Counted from the stretch's first letter, positions 1-7,686 are shown. The stretch is DNA of 28,965 bases from a virus (IMGVR_UViG_3300032259_000016:1-28965); one strand, 5' to 3'. Program-made: numbers and translations. Notes: a model not told the origin generated them from the sequence alone.

Positions 1-244
1 CAGCTCGCCAAGGCTTTCCTGGATTTGTCGGCCCTTCTACAAGATATGCGTATACGCCCTGTATGGGTTCACATTTAAGAACCTTTACTATTTCATTCTT
101 TTTGCCTAGCAGGAATTCTGGATGATCACCACTTGCAGGTTCTATAATATCGGCAGTTAATACAAGTTCATCACCCACCATAATCAAGCTCTCTTCTTTG
201 GCTTCTTGCTCATACTCTTCTGTACATTGTTCTATGGTCCCCAT
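1..244 (-). CDS. Hypothetical protein, runs off the left window edge (MGTIEQCTEEYEQEAKEESLIMVGDELVLTADIIEP...)
   Basis: Read manually: ATG at 244-242 overlaps the TAA of the upstream gene (TAATG); frame stays open to position 1. Confidence 0.75.
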   Translation of the reverse strand, partial: MGTIEQCTEEYEQEAKEESLIMVGDELVLTADIIEPASGDHPEFLLGKKNEIVKVLKCEPIQGVYAYLVEGPTNPGKPWRA

Positions 245-1044
245 TACGACACCCTCACAACAGTTTTTTCCTCAACTTTCACTCCGGGAAGTATCGCACT
301 CTCAAACTGATTGAGGTATTTCTTGAGCTTTCCCATGTTCACATCAAGCAGTTCAAAGGGGGCTTTTCCTTCTGCAATGGACTTAATCAGAGAGGCTTTG
401 TTAAAAACAGTGGGGATTCTCTCTTTCCTTCCGCTCCCTACTCCCTTCAAAGATGGTCTTGTTGTCTGTACCGGGGCAATATGCACCTCTTCTGCCTGTA
501 CCTGATTTATCTCGATAGTCTCCACCTTGTTCCTGAGTTTTGTCGCTAAGACTTCAATCATCTTCGACGTAGCCTCTGCATCAGGACTGCCCACTTCGTA
601 GCTCTCAAGCTTGGTTTCAAGCTCCTCAAGCTGCTTTTCAATGTCAGTGCCTTGTGCAATGTGCTTCTCAAGGCGCTTTGTTATCCGGTCAACCTCTTTA
701 GTTCTTAAATCGGCAAGCCTTTCTTCTTCTATCTGGGCAAGCCTGTTGCATTCGGTAATATAGACACCAATGCTATCCTCAACGATCTTTTTAGCCTGTT
801 CAGGAGGAGAAAGATGTTTTTTTTCCTGAGCACAAATTTCCTTGTGCGCTGCTGAAGCTTTTTTCTTCATAGGCCCAAAAGTTGCGTCCACCTCTTTCAT
901 TAAGGAACGGCAATCCCTTACCATATCCTTTGCAGTCTCAAGGCTCTCATCATCCTTGATTGTAAGAGCTTTGGCCTTTATGACGATAGCCGCCCCTTTT
1001 TCCTCGATAACTTTAACTTCCTTGCCTTCTTTTGCTTCGCTCAT
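244..1044 (-). CDS. Phage coiled-coil hypothetical protein
   Basis: E/K-rich helical ORF; start placed at ATG 1044 (MSEAKE) from the GGAGGG Shine-Dalgarno and ATGA overlap with the upstream stop. Confidence 0.8.
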   Translation of the reverse strand: MSEAKEGKEVKVIEEKGAAIVIKAKALTIKDDESLETAKDMVRDCRSLMKEVDATFGPMKKKASAAHKEICAQEKKHLSPPEQAKKIVEDSIGVYITECNRLAQIEEERLADLRTKEVDRITKRLEKHIAQGTDIEKQLEELETKLESYEVGSPDAEATSKMIEVLATKLRNKVETIEINQVQAEEVHIAPVQTTRPSLKGVGSGRKERIPTVFNKASLIKSIAEGKAPFELLDVNMGKLKKYLNQFESAILPGVKVEEKTVVRVS

Positions 1045-1268
1045 GATTTCCCTCCTAATGTGAATGGCAATAAAGAACATTGAAATCCTGCTGCTTGCTT
1101 GTGCCCTCCACCACCGTGAATTTTGGCTATTTCCCCTTCATAGACCTGCTGCCATGGAAACTTATCACCATAGTTAATTCCGATCATTTCACAATCTGGG
1201 TACGCTCTTTTTACTATTGCCCCGGAACAATGACCATCTAGATCTACTGAATGATAAAAACACTTCAT
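1041..1268 (-). pseudogene. DHH/DHHA1 phosphoesterase remnant with a large in-frame internal deletion (75 aa)
   Basis: N-terminal YHSVDLDGHCSGAI (DxDG motif) joined directly to C-terminal IAKIHGGGGHKQAAGF (DHHA1 motif); the central DF and DHH motifs are missing. Confidence 0.75.
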
Positions 1269-1681
1269 TTTTTATCGTCTCCCTTCTTTTCCTTAAGATT
1301 TATCTTCTTATTTTTATACTCATTCCTGATATGTTTAGCGAAGAACTTACCTGGCGACCCATCACCACAAAGAGCAAGGAAAAGCCTTTGATTTGTTTTG
1401 TAGTAGCGATAAATACCGCTCTTATGGAACTCAATATCAATTGTTTCATCATCCGGGTTATATCTTGCCCTCTTCAGATTGGAAGATTTTAAGTCTGTCC
1501 AGGGTGGGGTTTCTTCCTTCGGCTCTCCATGCTCCATCTTCTCGTAGCAGGAAGGGTCATTGCCTGTTTCCTCCATATCCTGCTGCATATGCTCTTCACA
1601 GATGCGGTTGTCCATTTCATCAAAGTATTCAGCCTCGTTGTCGCAGCTTTCTATTCCGCATGTGTTATTGTTTTCATTCAT
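1265..1681 (-). CDS. KTSC-domain protein with an N-terminal Cys/His cluster
   Basis: SSNLKRARYNPDDETIDIEFHKSGIYRY...SPGKFFAKHIR fits the KTSC pattern; CGIESC...ICEEH at the N-terminus; start 1681 by ATGA overlap. Confidence 0.8.
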   Translation of the reverse strand: MNENNNTCGIESCDNEAEYFDEMDNRICEEHMQQDMEETGNDPSCYEKMEHGEPKEETPPWTDLKSSNLKRARYNPDDETIDIEFHKSGIYRYYKTNQRLFLALCGDGSPGKFFAKHIRNEYKNKKINLKEKKGDDKK

Positions 1682-1887
1682 GGTTTTACCTCTTTTGGGA
1701 AACAATTAATTCTCTCATTGAGGCAATTAGAGTATGCCTGCATTGCCTCAAATTGTTTATGGAGCCTTACCCTTTCCGCCCCTTCAAGAGAGTCGTGTGT
1801 ATCACTCCCCATAAAAGCTGACAACTTGTTTATTTTAATGTCTAATCCCCTCTTCTCCTCAATTACTCTGTCCTGATGTTTTTCCAT
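1678..1887 (-). CDS. Small helical phage protein, crAss001_48-like family (candidate Sequestin-type anti-defence sponge)
   Basis: HQDRVIEEKRGLDIKINKLSAF...LHKQFEAMQAYSNCLNERINCF matches the family pattern as recalled (Q.RV.EE...L..KI..L..F...L..Q...M..Y...L..RI..F). Confidence 0.7.
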   Translation of the reverse strand: MEKHQDRVIEEKRGLDIKINKLSAFMGSDTHDSLEGAERVRLHKQFEAMQAYSNCLNERINCFPKEVKP

Positions 1888-1893
1888 TTTCTA

Positions 1894-2523
1894 CTATCTC
1901 CCTTTCATAAAGTTATAAACTGCTAATTTGTTTAAAAAGAATCTAAAATCACCCCTGTTTGTTTCAGGAATAAACTTAAAATCGCTTCCATCTTTGGGAA
2001 GTTTTAAAACGTATCTCTCCTTTCTCCCTCTGAATTTATTAACCTCTGTATCAAGGTGGTCATAGGCTCCAAGTTGAACGCCTGCCATGCCATGAGCACC
2101 TGTTTTAATGTCCACCACTGCCCTCTTGCCCCCATATTTCCGCTTCAAAGTGCAGATAATATCTGGAGTGCCGGCATAGTTGTATTTGACTGAATACATC
2201 GGCTCTTCAACAACATGAATTTCTTGAACATACTCATCCTTCCATGCAATAAACTGATTGAGAGCATCGGCAATATCAGAATGAAGAGAATCCCAATCTA
2301 CGCCGCATGTGAGATAATAATGGACTGCATTATGAACGGCTGTGCCATGATCCGCTGCCGTGGCAAAGACTTCTTTGGCAACTGCTGATCCGGTGAAGGT
2401 ATCAACGTAATATTCAGCGCCGTAAATATTAGCCTCTACGAATTGCCCTATGATTGTCGTAACTCCGGGAACTTGTACGCCGTTCCATTGGTAAGTATGG
2501 GTCGGGTCGTCAAAGGTTAGCAT
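1894..2523 (-). CDS. PD-(D/E)XK exonuclease (RecE/Cas4-like recombination nuclease)
   Basis: PGVTTII, HGTAVH, E...YAGTPD...VDIKTG and QLGAY motifs; same operon as Bet/RecT. Confidence 0.85.
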   Translation of the reverse strand: MLTFDDPTHTYQWNGVQVPGVTTIIGQFVEANIYGAEYYVDTFTGSAVAKEVFATAADHGTAVHNAVHYYLTCGVDWDSLHSDIADALNQFIAWKDEYVQEIHVVEEPMYSVKYNYAGTPDIICTLKRKYGGKRAVVDIKTGAHGMAGVQLGAYDHLDTEVNKFRGRKERYVLKLPKDGSDFKFIPETNRGDFRFFLNKLAVYNFMKGR

Positions 2524-3173
2524 GGCTTAAATTCCACTACCCACACCCAAGGATTAACGTCCCATCCGTAGCCTCGTTTTTTATTGATTGAATTCCAAAG
2601 AAGTATAAATGAACTTAAAGCGTTAGACATCATGACATTATAGTTATTCTCTGAAAGACCCCAATTGTCTTGCATTCCGTAGCTATCCCTATCGAGGAAT
2701 CGGATACCTTCTGTTATTGCGTCTTTATTTGTCATCTCCTGCACCCTCTCAACCCTGATATCTGTTATTTCAAGGTTGATACGGGAAGCATCACGAGGCA
2801 TATGGATCGAAGGTATTCTCCCAAATTTACGCGCCCACGGTCTGGCCTCCCTTGGTTTATACTCATCACCTTCCCATTCATCATCATAAACAATACAAGG
2901 AATATCGCCAAATCCGGGCAGGTCACACCCGGTAAATGTCTCCCGAACCCAGAGACGCTCCCCTACTCGACCGTAAGGACAAGCGTTTATCCAGTTTTGC
3001 TGTTCTTGGAATTCATATTTCTTTTTATATAGCCACCGCCAAACAGACATTCCGATGCTTCCAAACTTGTATTTGTATGGCTGAGGCTTCATAACCCGTC
3101 TTGTCTGAGTTTTACGGCCAGACAAAACAGCCTTGACCATTTCAGCATTAAATAGTATTGGTTTTTCTTTCAT
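2517..3173 (-). CDS. Phage ASCH/PUA-like protein
   Basis: MKEKPILFNAEMVKAVLSGRKTQTRR, CPYG...LWVRE, PSIHMPR.ASRI.LEITDIRVERVQ and NPWVWVVEF; start 3173 by ATGA overlap. Confidence 0.85.
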   Translation of the reverse strand: MKEKPILFNAEMVKAVLSGRKTQTRRVMKPQPYKYKFGSIGMSVWRWLYKKKYEFQEQQNWINACPYGRVGERLWVRETFTGCDLPGFGDIPCIVYDDEWEGDEYKPREARPWARKFGRIPSIHMPRDASRINLEITDIRVERVQEMTNKDAITEGIRFLDRDSYGMQDNWGLSENNYNVMMSNALSSFILLWNSINKKRGYGWDVNPWVWVVEFKPC

Positions 3174-3886
3174 GGCGGCACCTGATCCCAAACCCTACCG
3201 CAAAGTTTTGGCATCTTGACAAGCTTTCCTTCTTCATCAGGGCCTTGCTTGTAGAAGAAAGGGACTCCGAACGCTTGACACTGTTTCTGTATGGATTCTG
3301 CCCATTTATGCTGCATAGTCCTTGCCCTCCTGCCTGATTCAGCACCACATATCACCCAGTCAAGCAGCCACTCACTATAAGACACGTCTATTTCTTCCAG
3401 CATTGGCTCAATAGAAACAAGCCTCTTTGCTGCTGGAGTAGCTATCAAGACGTTCGCCCTTCTGTTGAATTGTTCTTGATTCTCGGCAGATACCCCAAGC
3501 CAGACATTAGGAGTGATGCCATTAAGATCCACCCACTTGAACATGAATTTTCTCATACGGTCTGGCCGCTTTGTCAGTATTATATAGGTATGCTGTGGAA
3601 TGCTTGCCATTGCCCAGAATATTGTCTCTATGACCCTTTCCGGTAAGTCCTCGTGAAATAAGTCTCCCATGGAACAAACAAACACCCTCTGAGGCTTTCT
3701 CCACGATTTAGGTTGATCAAGCCTGTCTTTATGATAAGCAATCTCATTAAAGCCATAGCCCCACTTACTGCCAAAGCGTCTAAAGATTTCTTCTGCATAG
3801 CAATTCTTGCAACCTTCTGAGATTTTGGAACAACCTGTTACTGGATTCCAAACTCTGTCACACCATTGAATATTAGTTTTAGACAT
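3170..3886 (-). CDS. Phage Gp37/Gp68 family protein (DUF5131, radical-SAM-like)
   Basis: WNPVTGCSKISEGCKNCYA, FVCSMGDLFH, LTKRP, WLGVSAENQ, SIEPML, DWVICGAESG and VPFFYKQ. Confidence 0.92.
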   Translation of the reverse strand: MSKTNIQWCDRVWNPVTGCSKISEGCKNCYAEEIFRRFGSKWGYGFNEIAYHKDRLDQPKSWRKPQRVFVCSMGDLFHEDLPERVIETIFWAMASIPQHTYIILTKRPDRMRKFMFKWVDLNGITPNVWLGVSAENQEQFNRRANVLIATPAAKRLVSIEPMLEEIDVSYSEWLLDWVICGAESGRRARTMQHKWAESIQKQCQAFGVPFFYKQGPDEEGKLVKMPKLCGRVWDQVPP

Positions 3887-3889
3887 TTT

Positions 3890-4123
3890 TCACCTCTTAT
3901 AACAATATCGATCTTGGTTATAAAGTGCTGCGGCTCCACAACACTTCTTGGCCTTCTTGCCGCTCCCACAAAGGCAAGGGTCATTTCTGCCCACTTTCCC
4001 AAGCGTTGTCCTTGTCCCATTTCGCATCCAGAATTGTTCCGGCCAATATGCTATGACCATGACTGGAAGAATTAGAATCAGGAAGAAGAGAAAGGCTATT
4101 ATCAGGGCAATGAATTCGGTCAT
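3890..4123 (-). CDS. Small membrane-anchored SEC-C motif protein
   Basis: Hydrophobic N-terminal segment followed by [21 protein letters not shown]. Confidence 0.8.
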   Translation of the reverse strand: MTEFIALIIAFLFFLILILPVMVIAYWPEQFWMRNGTRTTLGKVGRNDPCLCGSGKKAKKCCGAAALYNQDRYCYKR

Positions 4124-4124
4124 T

Positions 4125-4610
4125 TTAGTCCTTCTTAGCCGTTAACAATTCAGCAACCTTGTCATCTTTCAGCATCCCAAGCTCTGCCATTTTCTGCACA
4201 ACAGAAGAGGCGTACATGAAGTCATATTGTTTTTTAATTTCATCAATATGCTTTTTGGCATAAGCTTGAAGCTGCTTTTTAGGGGAGTCCCAAAGTTTGC
4301 TATTGCGGTGCTCTATCTGCTGTATTATCCACTCCTTTACAGTCACCGCTGACTCAGAGTTTGAAGATGGTCTTACTTTTCCACTGGCGACAACCTCCCT
4401 TGTTATCATGGCTACCTCAGTCCCAAGGTTTTGCTTGAATTGTGCTGAAACTTCTTCCTTGACCGTTATTTCAATAATATCCTTGAGTTCGGCTCTAAGC
4501 TGATGAAGAACGGCATGTTTGATGCTATTCCTTAAGCTATCGCTCAGACTATCGCCACTATCTGACCAGACATCTTCTAGGTCAATTGTCACTGTTAATT
4601 TATTTTTCAT
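4125..4610 (-). CDS. Hypothetical phage protein (helical)
   Basis: 161-aa ORF with AGGAGG Shine-Dalgarno, tightly packed with the next gene. Confidence 0.75.
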   Translation of the reverse strand: MKNKLTVTIDLEDVWSDSGDSLSDSLRNSIKHAVLHQLRAELKDIIEITVKEEVSAQFKQNLGTEVAMITREVVASGKVRPSSNSESAVTVKEWIIQQIEHRNSKLWDSPKKQLQAYAKKHIDEIKKQYDFMYASSVVQKMAELGMLKDDKVAELLTAKKD

Positions 4611-4632
4611 TTACTTCCTCCTGATATCTCTT

Positions 4633-4665
4633 AAAAAGCCCCTGCCCCTCGGTAGAAGGGCAGGG
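4633..4665 (-). terminator. Rho-independent terminator
   Basis: Minus strand CCCTGCCCTTC-TACC-GAGGGGCAGGG (11-bp stem, one G-U) followed by GCTTTTT. Confidence 0.8.
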
Positions 4666-4685
4666 TATGGATGGACTAAAATTGA

Positions 4686-4831
4686 TGCGGACAACAGGAC
4701 TCGAACCTGCAATTTCAGGGGCTGATCAACACCCTAGTATCAGATATCATCAATGACCGCTAAGTCACTGCTTCTTCTCCAATACAACCGGATTAGCATT
4801 CCGGTGCGTCTACCAGTTCCGCCACGTCCGC
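4686..4831 (-). tRNA. Atypical tRNA-like RNA: Leu-type body, GCT (Ser) anticodon, 77-nt structured variable region
   Basis: Acceptor GCGGACG/TGTCCGC+A; D arm TGGCGGAACTGGTAGACGC; anticodon arm CCGGA-ATGCTAA-TCCGG; T arm GCAGG-TTCGAGT-CCTGT; followed by TCA rather than CCA. Confidence 0.8.
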
Positions 4832-4835
4832 TTAC

Positions 4836-5816
4836 TTAAAATTCTACATCTGCATCAAAAGGACATGCCTTACCTGTTCGGACACAAACGCCCTGATCAC
4901 CATCTTTTGCCAGGTCTTCACAACCGTCCGATTTAAACGGACAGTTATCAGGCAAGGAATATTCTTCCGTCATTTTAGTTTTGAGCTTCCCGTAAGATGC
5001 TCTTGCCCATTTTACTGACGTTTTTGAAGTCAGATTTGACAGCCACTTTTCATCACCCTCTTTTCCGAATATGGAGATTTCCTTTAATGTCTCAGTCCAT
5101 ACAGCTTTATCACCAGCACTGTAAACATCTAAAAGAAAGTTCAACTTCTCTACGACATCCCCGTCATCTTTGCCGCTGATCGTTTTTGCCTGCTCCTTCA
5201 GCTTTGAAGCTGTCTTTTTTTCATCTTTGGTGGGTTCTGGTTCATTTGCAGGCTTTACGGTAGAGGCTTTACTTTCAGGGGTAATATCAACAGGGTTATT
5301 AGATTGAAACTCTTCAGCAACATACATATTCCCCACATCTTCAGGAAAAGCCTCTCTTAGTGCCTGGACAAGAGCAACCTTTTTGAGCATTGTCTTCTTC
5401 TTTTTCTGCCACATATCAGTAATGGTGCCGTTCTGCTTTTTCCCAACATACTCATCAAGGTCAACTTCAACCGTGACAGGAACTACATGCCCCTCCACAT
5501 AGACCTTTGCCCATGCAGATTGACCATCATCAGCCATCCCCACTTCATGCCCCTGATATTTTGGGTTCCTTGCCGCCCTCTTCATGAAGACTTTTTTAGC
5601 CGTTACCATCGTAGCCGGGGCAGTACCAAACTTGATAAGGTACACATCCTTTAAGAAAGGATTAAGCTGCTCGAATTTACACAAAGACAGAAACATTTGT
5701 ACTTCCTGATCTGTTACCTTGTCGGCGTCGCCACTGACAAGATATTGCTTGATAATCTTGTCTGACAGTTCGATATTCTGACCGCCTGATACATACTTAG
5801 TTAATTGATTATTCAC
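4836..5816 (-). CDS. bet: Phage single-strand annealing recombinase, Bet/RecT family
   Basis: VTDQEVQMFLSLCKFEQLNPFLKDVYLIKFG and W...KTMLKKVALVQALREAFP...MY..EE; GTG start with AGGAGG. Confidence 0.88.
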   Translation of the reverse strand: MNNQLTKYVSGGQNIELSDKIIKQYLVSGDADKVTDQEVQMFLSLCKFEQLNPFLKDVYLIKFGTAPATMVTAKKVFMKRAARNPKYQGHEVGMADDGQSAWAKVYVEGHVVPVTVEVDLDEYVGKKQNGTITDMWQKKKKTMLKKVALVQALREAFPEDVGNMYVAEEFQSNNPVDITPESKASTVKPANEPEPTKDEKKTASKLKEQAKTISGKDDGDVVEKLNFLLDVYSAGDKAVWTETLKEISIFGKEGDEKWLSNLTSKTSVKWARASYGKLKTKMTEEYSLPDNCPFKSDGCEDLAKDGDQGVCVRTGKACPFDADVEF

Positions 5817-5828
5817 TTTCTACCTCCT

Positions 5829-6527
5829 CTATTCTTCAACGTCAAAACTATCTGCCTGTGGGCAACCATCACTATGAACGCCTTGCTCAGGACTTCCGCA
5901 GTCCTGACACTCGTACATCTCCCCTGCCTCTACGGGATTATCAGGAGCCTCTACGACTCCATTCTTCATAAGATCTTCTAATATTCTTGAAGCCCTGTTG
6001 TACCCGATCTTAAGTTTTTTCTGGAGAAAGGAGATAGTGATAAAGATAGTCTTGTCCTGTTCGACTAAAGTAACTGCTTCACTATAAAGCATATCTCCCT
6101 GTCCATCATGCTCTGCGCTCTCTTCAGTGGACTCCTTGAGAGGTTCGGTATCAGCCTTCTTCTCCTTTTTCTTTCTAAGCTTTAGATGCTGCTGCTTTTC
6201 AAACTCCTCTATTTCAACTATCTTAACGAGGGTCTGAGTGTCAGAGCGAAACAGAGTTTTCTCGTTGTTCTCCCAATCGTAGTGCCACCAGCATTCAACC
6301 TGGCGCATCTCCTGCCCTGTAGACACTTTCTGGCTCAATGCAGATATGTTTGACTCATGGACATTGATTTGCGCCGTGTACTCAGACATAGCCTGTTTTT
6401 TACTTAATTCACTCTGGGTCTTGCTCTGGTGTTCTCCTGCCAACCTTCGGGAATAGTCAAGGGTTTCTTCCTCTGTCAGCTTACAAGACAGTTCCCTTTC
6501 TTCCCTCTTTATGTCATCTGATTCCAT
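5829..6527 (-). CDS. Phage protein with coiled-coil N-terminus, FtsK gamma (winged-helix) domain and C-terminal Cys/His finger
   Basis: DMLYSEAVTLV...ISFLQKKLKIGYNRASRILEDLMKNGVV is the FtsK-gamma signature; YECQDCG...HSDGC near the end. Confidence 0.8.
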   Translation of the reverse strand: MESDDIKREERELSCKLTEEETLDYSRRLAGEHQSKTQSELSKKQAMSEYTAQINVHESNISALSQKVSTGQEMRQVECWWHYDWENNEKTLFRSDTQTLVKIVEIEEFEKQQHLKLRKKKEKKADTEPLKESTEESAEHDGQGDMLYSEAVTLVEQDKTIFITISFLQKKLKIGYNRASRILEDLMKNGVVEAPDNPVEAGEMYECQDCGSPEQGVHSDGCPQADSFDVEE

Positions 6528-6551
6528 TCTCTTTCCTCTCTATGTTATTTT

Positions 6552-7289
6552 TTAATCTTTTAATTCCTCTTTATATCTATTTAGATACTCCCCAAAACCC
6601 CTCTCTGATAGTAATTTCAATATTCTCAAAACCGTCTTTTTAGGATATTTAACTATGTCATTCCAACAAGGCCGATGAACTGAAAATTTACCAATAAGTT
6701 CCCATTCAGTTTTCTTAAATACCTCATTTTCCTCTCTGCGGATTAGCTCAATAAATAGATCATGGCAATACCCATCTGTATAGTTTTTTGCACCGCGAAG
6801 GTTTGCATCGCCAAGGTCTGCACCGCCAAGGTCTGCACCGCTAAGGTTTGCACCGCTAAGGTTTGCACCGCTAAGGTTTGCACCGCGAAGGTTTGCACCG
6901 CCAAGGTCTGCACCGCCAAGGTCTGCACCGCGAAGGTTTGCACCGCGAAGGTTTGCACCGCCAAGGTCTGCACCGCTAAGGTCTGCATCGCCAAGGTCTG
7001 CACCGCCAAGGTCTGCACCGCCAAGGTCTGCACCGCCAAGGTTTGCACCGCCAAGGTCTGCACCGCCAAGGTTTGCACCGCCAAGGTTTGCACCGCGAAG
7101 GTTTGCATCGCCAAGGTCTGCACCGCCAAGGTCTGCATCGCCAAGGTCTGCACCGCTAAGGTTTGCACCGCTAAGGTTTGCACCGCTAAGGTTTGCAGCA
7201 ATAACCACATCTTTTAGAGCTGCTCCCTTGCCTTTATGAATAGCTTTACCTGTATGCCTATGTTTTATTTCAAACTCAATAAGTTTCAC
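6552..7289 (-). CDS. Pentapeptide repeat protein
   Basis: 27 A(N/D)L(S/G/R)(G/D) repeats between unique N- and C-terminal domains. Confidence 0.92.
   Translation of the reverse strand: MKLIEFEIKHRHTGKAIHKGKGAALKDVVIAANLSGANLSGANLSGADLGDADLGGADLGDANLRGANLGGANLGGADLGGANLGGADLGGADLGGADLGDADLSGADLGGANLRGANLRGADLGGADLGGANLRGANLSGANLSGANLSGADLGGADLGDANLRGAKNYTDGYCHDLFIELIRREENEVFKKTEWELIGKFSVHRPCWNDIVKYPKKTVLRILKLLSERGFGEYLNRYKEELKD
6792..7196. repeat. 15-bp coding tandem repeat, 27 units
   Basis: Minus-strand unit GCA-RAC-CTT-NGC-GRT repeated over 405 bp. Confidence 0.95.
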
Positions 7290-7467
7290 CCTTAACCTCC
7301 TTCTCAGCTCTCTCCCTTACAATCTCAACACCAACACCCTTGACGCTTGGATGTTCCGGGTGCATACAAAAACCGCCCTCAGAATGTGGACAATCCTCAC
7401 AGACTGCAATATCCCCAGGACATACATCATCTATAAACTTACCAAGCTTTTTCGTGAAATCACTCAT
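7276..7467 (-). CDS. Small Cys-rich hypothetical protein
   Basis: 63 aa, CEDCPH...FCMHP; GGAGG Shine-Dalgarno upstream. Confidence 0.7.
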   Translation of the reverse strand: MSDFTKKLGKFIDDVCPGDIAVCEDCPHSEGGFCMHPEHPSVKGVGVEIVRERAEKEVKGETY

Positions 7468-7479
7468 TCCTTACCTCCC

Positions 7480-7659
7480 TCAAATACTTTCAACGTGCAA
7501 AGCTTTTGCCAGCAACGGCAGTTCTTCCGGCCTGATCTTTACTTTCCCTCTTTCGATACGAGAAAGCCTTATTTCCTGAATACCTGTCTTCGCCGCTAAC
7601 CAATGTTGAGTCATGCCAAGCTTTCGCCTGTGCTTCACTATTCTTTCACCTATCTTCAT
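7480..7659 (-). CDS. XRE-family helix-turn-helix regulator (Cro-like)
   Basis: IGERIVKHRRKLGMTQHWLAAKTGIQEIRLSRIERG; first gene after the leftward promoter; AAGGAGG before ATG 7659. Confidence 0.9.
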   Translation of the reverse strand: MKIGERIVKHRRKLGMTQHWLAAKTGIQEIRLSRIERGKVKIRPEELPLLAKALHVESI

Positions 7660-7686
7660 TTCTCCTCCTTTCTGATTCATGGTGAA

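Noticed and set aside
1894-2523. CRISPR-associated Cas4
   Set aside because: No Fe-S cysteine set and no cas context; fits a recombination exonuclease paired with Bet
4686-4710. attP/attR tRNA 3' fragment
   Set aside because: The 5' half of the tRNA is also present, phage genes continue on both sides and no integrase is adjacent
4711-4787. Group I/II intron in the tRNA, or a box C/D K-loop (TGATGA-TAT-CTGA)
   Set aside because: 77 nt is far too short for a self-splicing intron and it is not in the anticodon loop; the C/D-like words compete with a better 8-bp stem and may be chance
6792-7196. Possible CRISPR array
   Set aside because: Contiguous tandem units with no spacers, in frame within a protein
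6743-7217. ORFs with VQTLA and CTAKV repeats
   Set aside because: Alternative-frame and antisense shadows of the 15-bp pentapeptide repeat
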